From Chrysochromulina tobinii (lineage: Eukaryota), in contig JWZX01002711.1 of assembly GCA_001275005.1 (NCBI GenBank), positions 1 to 41,087 of the forward strand: 41,087 nt of DNA, read 5' to 3'. Position numbers and translations under genes: made by a program. Under the pieces are notes generated by a model. It did not search any database, was not told where the DNA came from, and was given only the letters and a program-made list of their open reading frames with translations. Of this stretch, positions 21,482 through 32,298 are shown one piece after another (positions within the stretch are counted from its first letter, which is position 1; each line of letters begins with the position of its first letter).

Positions 21482-23092
21482 ATGGCTGACCCATTGGACA
21501 ATACGGATCCGCTGGACAGCTCGTCGCCAGCGCCAGCTCCTTCCAAAAAGACGGTCGGAAAAAGGGAAGGAAAAGGCTTCTTGCTCTCATCGCGCAAAGC
21601 TCCAACGGACGAGGCGGAGGCGGAGGATGAGTGGACGAGGGTGCCGTCGCCGGAACTCATGGGCGAGGAGGAGGCGGATGGTGCCGATGAGCCCTCGACG
21701 CCAAAGGGCAAGCTGAAGGCGAAGAAGAAGGTGGGGAAAAAGGAGAAGAAAAGCAAGGGATCAGCGACGACGCCAAAGGCAAAGAAGGGCAGCAGTGAGT
21801 TAGGCGAGGCGTCGCCGGAGACGACGCCGCCGAAGAAGGGCGTACCTTCAGGCGCAGAAGGTATGATCAGCCGCCGGCCGGGCGGCCTCAACCACTTTTT
21901 CGACGACGACGAGGAGGAGGAGGTCGAGCTGCCAGACGAGCCAGAGGCCGCTGGCAGTCCTGCTCGCAAGGTATCGTCTCCAAGTCCGGCTACGCCGGAG
22001 CCGGAGGCGATCCCGAGGACGTGGGGATCACTGAAAGAGCGCCTGCCCCCCGCGAGCATGGCGCCCGTCGAGGTCAAGCGAAGGCCGGCCTCTCGCCTCG
22101 TGCGCGCGCTCACGCGATCGAGAAAGGCAGAGCCGTTGATCTTCGAGCCGAGGGCAAAGCTCGCGTACTACGGCTCGATTGGCGGCGGGTTCGGCACGCC
22201 GCGCATTGGCTTCGCGCCAGGCCAGTTCAATACGCCCACCTGGATGGCCACGCAGGACTCTGGCACGCTCGTGGTCTCATCTACTTTTGCGCATGAGGTG
22301 CAGGTCCTCACTCCACGTGGCGCGCCGTACGCTGTGATCACCGAGTTCATGGGCGTGAGCTTGCACGACCCTCAGGGTATCGCGATCCACCACGATCAGA
22401 TGTTCATCGCCGATGGCGGCAACGGGCGCATTCTCAAGTACCAGCGCGACACGCGAGGCATTTTTCAACCCATCCTCGCGACACAGACCGGTCTGATGGA
22501 CCTTCCACAAGGCCTGGCGTACGACGATGCGGGCAAGAACTCGCTGCTGTTCGTCGTGTGCGGCCGCATGAACCGCGTGCACGTGCTCGACGCGGGCTCG
22601 CTGCGCCGCCTCTTCAGCTTCGGCGGCGAGACCGAGCCGGACCCACGAGCTGGCAAGAAACTGCCGGTGAGTTGCCTGAACGACCCGACGTGCATCGCTA
22701 TCTACAACCCGCCTGAGATGGCGCTCGACGCGCCGGGCGTCTTTGGTGGGCGGGCGCGCAAGCTCGCGTACGTGACGGACACGGAAAACGACCGGCTCGC
22801 CGTCTTCTCGATGGACGGCGACTTTGTCGCCGCCGTGGGCAGGAACGGGCGCATGCCTGGTGAGTTCGTCGAGCCGCTCGGCCTTTGCATCCGCGACCAG
22901 CAGCTGTTCGTAGCCGAGGGTGGCCGCGGCATCGGCGGCCGGCTGCAGGTGCTGCAACCTGACGGCACGCCGCTGCTAGTGCTGCCCGCGCCGACGGGAG
23001 GCCGGCTCGTTGGCGTGCACTGGCATGAGTCGCGCCTTTACGTGAGCGAGATCGAGGCACACAGGTTGCATTCCTTCAAAATCGTCGCCTGA
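21482..23092 (+). CDS. NHL-repeat (beta-propeller) protein with disordered N-terminus
   Basis: Repeats such as GQFNTPTW, LHDPQGIAI..MFIADGGNGRI, YVTDTENDRLAVF and GEFVEPLGL. Confidence 0.85.
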   Translation: MADPLDNTDPLDSSSPAPAPSKKTVGKREGKGFLLSSRKAPTDEAEAEDEWTRVPSPELMGEEEADGADEPSTPKGKLKAKKKVGKKEKKSKGSATTPKAKKGSSELGEASPETTPPKKGVPSGAEGMISRRPGGLNHFFDDDEEEEVELPDEPEAAGSPARKVSSPSPATPEPEAIPRTWGSLKERLPPASMAPVEVKRRPASRLVRALTRSRKAEPLIFEPRAKLAYYGSIGGGFGTPRIGFAPGQFNTPTWMATQDSGTLVVSSTFAHEVQVLTPRGAPYAVITEFMGVSLHDPQGIAIHHDQMFIADGGNGRILKYQRDTRGIFQPILATQTGLMDLPQGLAYDDAGKNSLLFVVCGRMNRVHVLDAGSLRRLFSFGGETEPDPRAGKKLPVSCLNDPTCIAIYNPPEMALDAPGVFGGRARKLAYVTDTENDRLAVFSMDGDFVAAVGRNGRMPGEFVEPLGLCIRDQQLFVAEGGRGIGGRLQVLQPDGTPLLVLPAPTGGRLVGVHWHESRLYVSEIEAHRLHSFKIVA

Positions 23093-23966
23093 GCCGCCAC
23101 CTGCCACCTGCCGGAGCGCGACGCCGGGACGCTCGTGCGCGCGCCCAGACACTCATACATCCGCACGCTCCCGGCGGGTCTGGGCGTCATGCCGTGTGAC
23201 GCGTGCGCGTGTGCATGTCCTGTGGGGTCCTGTGGAAGCCGTGCCAAAACGGTCTGCGCTTTTGCGCTTCTGAGTTCTCCGGCACGTCGTCCTAGGTGGC
23301 GCCACGGGACGGCTCAGACGGGAGGCGGAGGGGTTTCATTCGCGGTGTCCACACGGAGTGTCAGCTGATATTTCAGATTCGCGCACACCCGAACCCGACC
23401 TCCGACTGCTTTGTGCTTAGTGGCGCTTACGGTGCTTTCACGCGCATTGATTCAACCCCCGCGCCCCGGGCCCGGCCTCATGCCCGGCCTACACCCGCCG
23501 ACGCGCAAGCCCAAGCGCGGAACGATACCCGACCGGCCGGATCGTCGATCGAGGCATCTGGCATCGAGCCCAGCCGGCGTGCCGCGCCCGATGTCGATCC
23601 GATGTGGCAACTGGCATGTGCGATTAATGGGTCCCCTAACGCGAGTTTTCGCACCGTGGCACCGAGCCGCGCTACCCGACCGAGCCGTCCCCGGACGGCG
23701 GCTCGGCAGCCGGGCTAAAGCCGGGCACGGCACGAGGACGAGCCACGACGCTTCGTAGGTTCGTTGTCGCTTCCTACGCCCGGTATGGACTATGGTGGTT
23801 GGTGCGTTGCGCTATGCGCTAAAATGGGCGCATGGCGCGCACATGATGGCGCACCTCCTGTGGCTGCCTTCGGTTACACTCTAACAACTTAAAGTTATAC
23901 TTTTCAACGGTTCACGGACCAACGCGCCGCAACCGCGCCTAAGTTTTCATCATTGCGCGATCGTGT

Positions 23967-25721
23967 TCATGGCACGGGGGGCTGGGGCTGCGGAACCACG
24001 GTTTGTTCCGAGCAATCCCTTTTCGCGCCTTGCGCCGGCAGCGCGCCATTTTCCATTTTCAAGTCGAAGCTGTCGGCCTCGTTGAAGGCGGAGAGCGGGG
24101 AGCCCTTGTCGACCCAATCCTTGAAGCACTCAAAGTCGAGGAGCACCTGCTTTCGGTAGGCGGCCGCTGTGCGCGCCACCGCCGCACCCCACTGTGCGCG
24201 TGCTTCGGTTGAGGAGAGCGCGGCGCCGATGACGTCTTTGAACCGCACGGGCGCGTTGCCGACCGTGGCACGCACGTGGGAGGTGGCGGTGACGCCCGCG
24301 ACCTCGCGCACCGTCGCCTCGTAATTGGCCGGATCGAGGGTGCCGAAGTCGAGGCTGGCCTTCCAGGGCGAGCGCTGTCGCACCGAGTGCACCGCGCCGC
24401 GGATGGTCACGTAGCCGGTGTACGGGTCGGTGTAGCTGGTCAGACGGCGCTGCGCCTCGATGACGCGCGATCCTTCGTTGACGAAGAGGGTCTCATACCA
24501 GGGCCAGTCCTGCTCGGAGAGGACCGCTCGCACCGCGGGCGTGGGGACGAATTTCACGTCGAGGATCACGCCGTCGATCGGATCAGTCTTGAGGACCTGG
24601 TTGACGAGGGTATCCGTGCCGGCGATCAGCACGTAGTAGCGGCTGACGCCAAAAGAACCGTCACCCGAGCCGACGCGCTTCGCCACGTCAAGCACCTTGA
24701 AGTCGTCATCGTTCCACTCCTTCGCCATCCATCCTATCTTCTGGAGTGTCGCGCCGTACATGCGCTTCCCCATGGCGCGCTCGATCTCCTGGCGGAGATC
24801 GGGCGAGACCTTCTCAAGTTTCGTTGACTCATCAATAAAGAAGTGACGCTTTCCGTCATCGCCTTTGATGGTGAACTTGTTCAGCTGCTTGTGCACCGAC
24901 TCCTGGCTCATCACGTCCTCAAGGAACTGCTTCAACTCGACCGCCTGCTTGCCCACATTCGCCGCTGTCAGCTCGTGCAGCAGCGCGTCCTCGTTGTTCA
25001 AGTATCCCTTGACCTTCCCCACATACTCGTCGGTGAACGCGACGACGGCCTTCGCGGCATCCTCATAGCTGAGCCCGTTGGTGATCGCGTGGTCGAAGAT
25101 CGAGACAGCCACGCGCCAAATGTCGATTTGGAAGTCGTAGATCACTGCTTCGTCGAAGTCGTTGACGCTGAAGACGACCTCGCCGTGCCGATTCTTCCAT
25201 GCACCAAAGTTGGAGAGGTGCTGGTCCCCTGTGATCCACGTCCACGTGCTCGTGCGGCTGAGCGGCGAGCCATCGGCGAGTCGCGCCGAAGGTACTATCT
25301 TTGTCAAGTTGAACTCACCCCAGCCCTTGGTCACAAAGTCTTCCCAGAAGAGGTAGGCGACGCCACGGTAATAGTAGTTGGCATCTGTGGACTGCAGCGC
25401 GAACTGCTCCTGGAGCGTCTTCAGCGACTTTCCAAAATTTCTCGTGATGGTGCGCTCGATGACGTGCTCGCAGCGCTTCTGCGCTTGGGGCTTCTGGGGA
25501 TCAATTTTGGCGTCATCGTCGAGAATCTGGGTGAGGCCATAAGCATAGACTGACAATTGAGGTGGCTGTGACGTCAAGGTGCGAACCAGAAGCGCGCCCG
25601 AGCCAAAGACGAGGAACCCCACCGTAGCCAGTGCCACCATCCTGAGACTCCTCGACCGACCGCCGCCGCCGCCATCTAGCAGCGACGTGCGCGCTTCTTC
25701 CGGATCTGCGTAGCCCAGCAT
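23967..25721 (-). CDS. DUF2252-family (kinase-like fold) protein with N-terminal membrane anchor
   Basis: YYYRGVAYLF, ITGDQHLSNFGA, FSVNDFDEA and DVAKRVGSGDGSFGVSRYYVLI motifs; single TM segment VALATVGFLVFGSGALLV; intronless. Confidence 0.8.
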   Translation of the reverse strand: MLGYADPEEARTSLLDGGGGGRSRSLRMVALATVGFLVFGSGALLVRTLTSQPPQLSVYAYGLTQILDDDAKIDPQKPQAQKRCEHVIERTITRNFGKSLKTLQEQFALQSTDANYYYRGVAYLFWEDFVTKGWGEFNLTKIVPSARLADGSPLSRTSTWTWITGDQHLSNFGAWKNRHGEVVFSVNDFDEAVIYDFQIDIWRVAVSIFDHAITNGLSYEDAAKAVVAFTDEYVGKVKGYLNNEDALLHELTAANVGKQAVELKQFLEDVMSQESVHKQLNKFTIKGDDGKRHFFIDESTKLEKVSPDLRQEIERAMGKRMYGATLQKIGWMAKEWNDDDFKVLDVAKRVGSGDGSFGVSRYYVLIAGTDTLVNQVLKTDPIDGVILDVKFVPTPAVRAVLSEQDWPWYETLFVNEGSRVIEAQRRLTSYTDPYTGYVTIRGAVHSVRQRSPWKASLDFGTLDPANYEATVREVAGVTATSHVRATVGNAPVRFKDVIGAALSSTEARAQWGAAVARTAAAYRKQVLLDFECFKDWVDKGSPLSAFNEADSFDLKMENGALPAQGAKRDCSEQTVVPQPQPPVP

Positions 25722-26077
25722 CCCAATGCTGGAATTTTTGGTCCTGCCTGCCTCTCTCACTGCACGCACCCAGTGACACCAGTGGTCCAGCGTTAGGGGC
25801 GGGCGGGCAGAGCGGCGGCACCCGGACCGATATCAAAGTTCGTCAACGAGTTTGAACGAGTTCCTGATAACAGTGTGGAGTCGCGCGGTCCAAGGAGACA
25901 AACATGTTTGCCGAATGGGCGCGTAGCGGACGCGCGGCGCGGTCGTGCATCGTCGGACGTCGCGCACAGCGCCCTCACAGGGACAGCCTGTCAGGGTGAG
26001 GGTCGCGGCAGTACGCTGGCCCCTGGTCGGGTGAAGAAGATCCGATTTTTAACGTAAATGATGCATGCTCGCACTTG

Positions 26078-26632
26078 CTACTTGTCACCGTCCTCCTCAA
26101 CCTCATCCTGATCCTGCCCAGCACCACCACTCGCTTTAGCTTTGCGCCCGCCTGCAATCAACGCGATCTCAGAGGGTGAGGCCAATTTTGGCTTAGCCGT
26201 TCGGATGTGGCGGCGTAGGACCACGTTCTCCTTTTCAATATTCGCCTGGATTCGTCGCCGTGCGGCCGCAGTTCCCAGGGCAGCTCGCCCGGCACTCTGC
26301 GCAAGCTCGCGATGCTTCGCCAACTTCCTGGAAGTGCCCCGCATCAGATCATGCATGCGTTGAGCGTGGGATAGCTGCTCGAGCCGAACCTCCACGGCTA
26401 CTCCGGCCGATCCTCCACGGCTGTAAAGAGTGGCTCGGGGCCCGTGCGTAGGAGCACGGGGCGCCGGCTTTGGAAGGGAAGGCGCCTTCCACGGTGCCGC
26501 GGAGGCTGCTGCGCTCATCGGCCTCTGTGTAATGCTTGCGTAGTGCTTCCCTTGCGTAATACTCTTCAAGCGCTCGAGATGTAACTCGCGCTCGCGGGCC
26601 CGGGCGGCAGCCTCAATGTGGCGGAGCGGCAT
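26078..26632 (-). CDS. Small basic protein, CFAP97/Hemingway-like
   Basis: Kozak-like GCCGCCATG. HLERLKSI...RRRIQANIEKENVVLRRHIRTAKP resembles the KIAA1430/CFAP97 domain. Confidence 0.5.
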   Translation of the reverse strand: MPLRHIEAAARARERELHLERLKSITQGKHYASITQRPMSAAASAAPWKAPSLPKPAPRAPTHGPRATLYSRGGSAGVAVEVRLEQLSHAQRMHDLMRGTSRKLAKHRELAQSAGRAALGTAAARRRIQANIEKENVVLRRHIRTAKPKLASPSEIALIAGGRKAKASGGAGQDQDEVEEDGDK

Positions 26633-26985
26633 GGCGGCGGCCGACACCGCCGGATGCAGGACACCACACGACACAACGTAACAGGAATTGCGAGCACGCC
26701 CAAGGTGTGAACGAGTGCCTCAGTGGCAACAATTCGAGACGTCATGAGCACCGATCTCGCTCGGGCACTTTCCGTGGAATTCGTGGACTATGAATTAGTG
26801 GTTCCCTCAAACACGAGCCTTTTACATGGCCTCTTACCGGTACCTTAACCGGTACCTCAACGCTCAAGCCGCAGACTTGCCAAGACATCATCCGCCGCTC
26901 CCGGGGTTCCTTTAAGAGATTGAGTACCATGATCACATGTAGTATTTTGGCGCTGGCCGGTGTACATACATTCTACATTGTGAGA

Positions 26986-27101
26986 ATTCTTCCCCACCCC
27001 CGTTGGAACACCGGGAGGGAAGCCTCTGAGATTAACCGCCCGCGTGAAAATAGCGCGCGCGCGCGACCCGATAGGTTTTGGCCGGCGTACCCTTTTTTTT
27101 G
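26986..27101. repeat. Dispersed ~113-bp repeat, copy 2
   Basis: Near-identical to 16237-16349 and in the same orientation. Confidence 0.9.
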
Positions 27102-29181
27102 CGGATACCTTTGTTATTAGACCACCACAGATTGCCTCCTCCCCGTTCACACCGTCTATCGCGTACTCAGCATTCAGCGGCATCCACTCAGACTCACACT
27201 CGGAATCAACTCACGCCTTCGCACCACCGAGAGGGGTAGCAACACGGAGATTTCGGCAACCAATAGCAGATATAGGACGTGTGAAGGGGTGGCTCCACTG
27301 GCGTCTCCTCGGCGCGCTCATTACAGGAGACGCGCGGGCTGCCTACAGCCGGAGAATAGTGGCCCCTTCGTCCTCGCTACGGCCCCTATTTTTCTCGACC
27401 CGTGCAGCCCCGGCTCCTCTCTGTTGTGCTTGGGCAATCGAATCCCATCCAATCACCAATCAATCACTCGCTCATCAGCCCTGTCCCTCCGTACCGGTCC
27501 ACCACGTCCTCTCGTCCACCTCGCAACGGTCTCGCCGCGCTCCGCAAAAGAAAATGGGTCTGGAGGTTAGAGACATGCGACGGTGCCCTTTTGTCTTGGC
27601 ACCGCCCCACTCGGCTGCCGGTCTGAGTGTGGACCAGCTGCAAACGCTCGAGGCTACGCTAAGGCCGACTCTTGTCCTCCCCCTGCAGCTATTGACTGTG
27701 CTGCCCGTTACCGGCGCGGCAACGCTGTGCTGCCATTGACTGTGCAGCCAGTGACTGTCCATGTAGTAGAGCGTCCCGAGCCCGCCTACACACGTAGCCA
27801 CGTGGCGAAGCTGCGGCAAGGGTGATGACGGCCTTGGCTTTTTTGCTTGTCCGTGCGGCAGATATGCTGGCGATGGAGGCGGTAGAGATGGCGATGGCGG
27901 CGGCAGAGATGGCGAAGGCGGAGATGGGTTTGGTCGATGGTGGAGGTGGGCTTGGTCGATGGCAGATCCACCGGTGCAGAGCTTCGCAGAGGCTCTGCGT
28001 GCCCGCCCTGACTCTCGGAGTCAAGCGAGCACAGCAGACGCTGCGGTCGCCTGTCCACAAGCCGCAGCCGCTGCGCGCGGATGTCCACGGTCGCGTGCGA
28101 CGGTGCCGGCGTGAGGGAGGCCGACTCCATTGCAACATTCAAACTGACCTTTTTTTTGCGTCCGCGCGATGCGCGCGTCCTCCGCCCCGCTGCGGCCGGC
28201 TCCATCCAGGCGCGTCGGAGGACGGCGCCGCCTCCAACCATCTCTCCATTTGCCATCGACCTGCCCGCCCCTTTCGCCGCGCGCCTTGACGCGCGCTCGC
28301 TACGGAGGAGCTGCGCTCGGACTCCCAAGTCGGGCCAGCTCGTGCCCACGCAGCACGGATCGATGCGGCTGAGCGCGCGCGCGTGCTGTGCAGGTGCGGC
28401 GGCGAAGGCGCCGACGCAGCGCGTTGCGCGGGAGCGCGGCGCAACCGGCGCCGAATGTGGTGCCTCGGCCTGCGGCTTGACGCCCACGGAGGCAGCGGCG
28501 GCGGCTGCGGCGATGGAAGCCACTTGTGCTCGACACCGTCGTATTGCGACGGTGTCGAGTGCGTCTTTGCGTTCCCCAGCGGGGGCCCGCGCCATCGGGC
28601 GCGTCGGTGCACGCAGGTTCGATGCCGCCGGCGTCTCCAACGCCGCCCCGACGGGCACGGTAGCAAGGAAGCGCTGGCGCATGGCAAGGCGATGTTGGAC
28701 GGCATCCGAGCAGAATCGGGGGAGGCGACGATGGCGCGATTGTCTCCACGCGCCGCGCCCCGTCGTCTAGTCTCCACGCGCCGCGCCCCGCAATCGTCGC
28801 CTCCCCGCCTGGTGCGTGTGTGCGTAACCCACAGAGGCTGCTGCCTCGCACCGATGCCGGCGCGGCTGCGCGTGCGCCGCAGGCCTGCGCCCGCCGCCGA
28901 CCCGCCCGGCTGCGTGGGAGGCGTCCGTAGGTGGCGTCCGCGGTTTCCGCTGACCGGGACTGGGTGCAAGTTTTTGAGAAGGGAGACGAAAATAAAAGCG
29001 GGTCCCCAGCCCTCGCCCCCTGGGCCCATGTTAAAATGATAACCTAATGTGGGAAATAAAACTCTTTTAGATAGTTGTCCTTTTCCTTTTCCTTCGCTTT
29101 TTTCTTTAAATACCGGTAGGCGTCCTCGCTGAATTGTGCTCGCTTTTAGATTCCTTCGATCGAAGGAAATCGGCGATCAGA

Positions 29182-31740
29182 ATGGACGACATGGGACGAG
29201 ATGGCCCCAAGGTGGCCCCATCCACGGAGGGTGTGGAGAGAAATTCGCTCGCTCGCACGACCAGCACTGCGGAGTCTCCGGGCCTGGCGGGTATCGAACC
29301 GCCACCCTCGCACCGCGACGCTCCGGGCGCGAAGGGGCCGGAGGCCATCCGGCCTCGAGTTTCCGGCGGGAACATGTGCAAAATAATGAATCCGTCGGAC
29401 AGCGCAGATAATCCATCTCTTCTAATCGCCCTCTCTTACGTTGTCCAATTAGTGCTGCTAGTCGCCATCGCCGCGCCCATCGCCAGTCCCATTTGGCTTC
29501 CGTATGTTCCGACTGTCCATCTGTTCGGGGTGCACGTCTACTTGCATGGCTTGCTCGCGATGCCCCTCGCGGTCCACTTGTGCATCCTGCCCATGACCCT
29601 GATTATGTGCACAGTGATGAGCATCGTCCTTTGCGTCGAGAGCCTCTACCTTCCACTCTCGCTGTTGTGCCTCACCGTCGGCATCAGGCTGTGCTCCTGC
29701 CGTGGCATTATTCCCTCACAGCGGGATTCCCCCCTGTCACCCTCACATCCGAGAGGTACGAGCCCTGCCGTCTCCTTCGAAGAAGCGCAGATGGCTGCAC
29801 AGCGGTACCTCGGACACGACGAGGTCTGGGCAGCGCTCGAACACGTCACAGAACAAGGCGAGCGGCCGGTGCGCCTGGTGCGCCTGTCGTGGCTGCTCGC
29901 GCTCGGCCAGCCAGGTAGCAGCGTGCACAGGAAATACGGCGGCGTGCTGCCTCGGCGGCAGGAGCTGCTTGATGAGGCTGCCTTCATCGACGTCGAAGAG
30001 CTGCGTCAGATTTCATGGCAGGCAAAGCGCGGCGTGGACTGGTACCTGCTCTTCGAGACGATATTTGCCGTACAAAGTGGTGGCGGTAATCAGTTCAAGC
30101 GCGTGTTGCGCTTGATATCTGACGTCTGCTCGTGCAAGTTTGTCAGGCGCAACATCGATGAACTGGTCCCTATCATCGCAGTCTCATAGTAGGCGTTCGG
30201 GCGAGCCGAACGCCCATGCCCCCTCGTTGTGTCGTAATTCCCCTCGTTGCCGGCGCCCACCTCACGGCCCGCGTGCCCCGCGTGTACTCGCAGCTGCTGG
30301 CTGGAAGCGAGTCACCCGGACTTCGAGGGCGAGCAGCTGCGGCTGCTGTGCACACGGCTGAAGGCCCTCTTCCCAAGTCTCGGCGTGCTGCGCCGCTCTG
30401 GGCTGCTCGGCGTGTGCCAAGCCTACGGCTTTCGCGACATGGGCGTCTTCTTGGACTGGGCCTCCCTCTTTCAGAAGGACCCGAGGCTGTGGACTCCGGC
30501 CGAGTTTGTCCCGGAGGAGGAGCGCACCGAGGACCAGCGGCGCGCGGCCGAGCTCTACCGCGACAGCCGAACGCAGGCGCAGGGTCAGGCGTCGAAATTC
30601 GCACTGGACAAAACGATGGACTTGTGGTACGCGCACTCGAAGACGACGGTCCTTCTGCTCACCGAGCTGCCCGAAAAGCTGCCGGAATCGTTCGATAAAA
30701 AGCGCATATACAAAAGCCGCGGCTGGACGATGTTCGAACGGTGCTCTGCGGAGCTCGGCAAGACGTTCCACCTTCAGCAGGCGGGTTGGACCCTCGTCAT
30801 CGATCTGGGCGAGCAGCGTGCAGCACTTCGCAGGCTGCCGACGACGCCCGAGCGGATGGAGGTGCTCATGCAGGAGTGCAGTTTCACAAACGGCGCCGAC
30901 CGGGCGCAGGTGCTTGAACTGTACAAGAAGACAGCACGCGCCGTCCTCGGTGGCGTCAAGGAGCTCTCTTTCTTTGGCATGCGCCTCGACCCTAAGGACC
31001 CGTGGCGCTCGCCGGAGCGACTCGGCCAGGCGCTCAACTTTTGCGTCAACCTAAAGAAGCTCGACCTCATCTTTACCGGCCTCACCGACGAGCATCTCGC
31101 CTCCGTCAGCGGCGTCCTCTCCTCCAGCGCGCTGCCCCAGCTCGAGAAGCTCTTCCTCGGGTTCAACCACCTCGGCCCACGCGGCATCGAGGCCCTCGGC
31201 AGCGCGCTGGTCAGCGGCGTCGCGCCCGGCCTCAAGGTGATGTTCCTCTCTGCCAACGACTTTGGCGACGCGGGCCTGCAATCCTTCGCGGCCATCATCG
31301 CCATGGGTATGGCGCGCGAGCTGCAGCTGGTCGAGCTGAGCGGCAACGACTTTGGCGATGTGGGCGCCTTCGCCCTTGCAGATGCGCTGCGGCCGCGGCT
31401 GGCGAGCGGCGAGTACAAAGTCGGAACCACGATCAACTTTGTTTACACTTTCAACCACGTGGGCAGTCGCGGTCGCCTGGCGCTCTCTGCTGCGCTAGAG
31501 GCGAAGAACATTGCGCCGGATTTCTTGAAGTTCTGGATTTCCAACATTACGAACGCCCTCTATCCGCGCCACTACAAGGTGGTCTTCATGCGCACCTTTA
31601 AGCACGAAATGTACTCGTACCTCCACGAGGAGTACCGTGCTACCGCCGCACGAGGCAAGCGCGACCTTTCGTTTCAAGTGCTGGAAGTGCGCAGCGCAGC
31701 GCATGCACATGCCCATGGGGCAGTCAGCTGCGAAGCCTAA
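29182..31740 (+). CDS. TM + HET-like domain + ribonuclease-inhibitor-type LRR protein
   Basis: N-terminal hydrophobic helices. Intron 30189-30293 restores IIAVSYCWLEASHPD, followed by VFLDWASLFQ, MDLWYAH and SRGWTMFE (HET-like), then LxxLxLxxNxxGxxG LRRs. The 3' end may extend by a further splice to ~31942. Confidence 0.75.
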
Positions 31741-32298
31741 GGCCCGCGCGCGAGCGACGCCGCGTTGGACGGTCAGGCTTGCGCCGAGTCCGCCGCCTGG
31801 GATGAGCTCCATCGTGGAGGCCGCCGGGGACCTCCTGACTGAGCTGAACGAGGAAGAGGAGGAGAGGACGAGGACGACGAGGAGGAATTCGACAATGCAG
31901 CGCTGGAAGCCGCCGTGGATGTGGCTTTGGAGCTCTCCATAACGGCAGCGCACACGTGGCGAGGGGGGTACCCACTACCCAGTCGAACTACCCAGGCATA
32001 CCGAAGCGAAGCGCGGCCGCGTGGGCGTGAGACCGCGGAAACACACGCACTCCCGATCGCGCGCACACGCGCACCATGGAGTAGGTTACATTTCACGCGC
32101 GTGACACGCGCGCGCGGGCGTAAGTCGTGCAGTCGTTTTGCACGTTCGTGGGCACGGCCGAGACCGCGTATGGAACGTCTTTCGATCTAAATTGTATAAT
32201 GATTATCGCATTACCGTTTACACGGTTTTCGTTACATCAGCCCGAAACGCCGTTGTCAGGGGGTGTCACGCTCACGGCCGCGCGCGCGCGAAGCTATA

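Noticed and set aside
23284..23752. Short inverted matches (GGGACGGCTC/GAGCCGTCCC) suggesting a MITE relic
   Set aside because: Too short for this GC content; boundaries undefined.
27475..29039. Multiple overlapping Ala/Arg/Pro-rich ORFs, including a PSPPSPSLPPP stretch
   Set aside because: No consistent frame, splice model or domain. Possibly a decayed Pro-rich gene, but not supportable.
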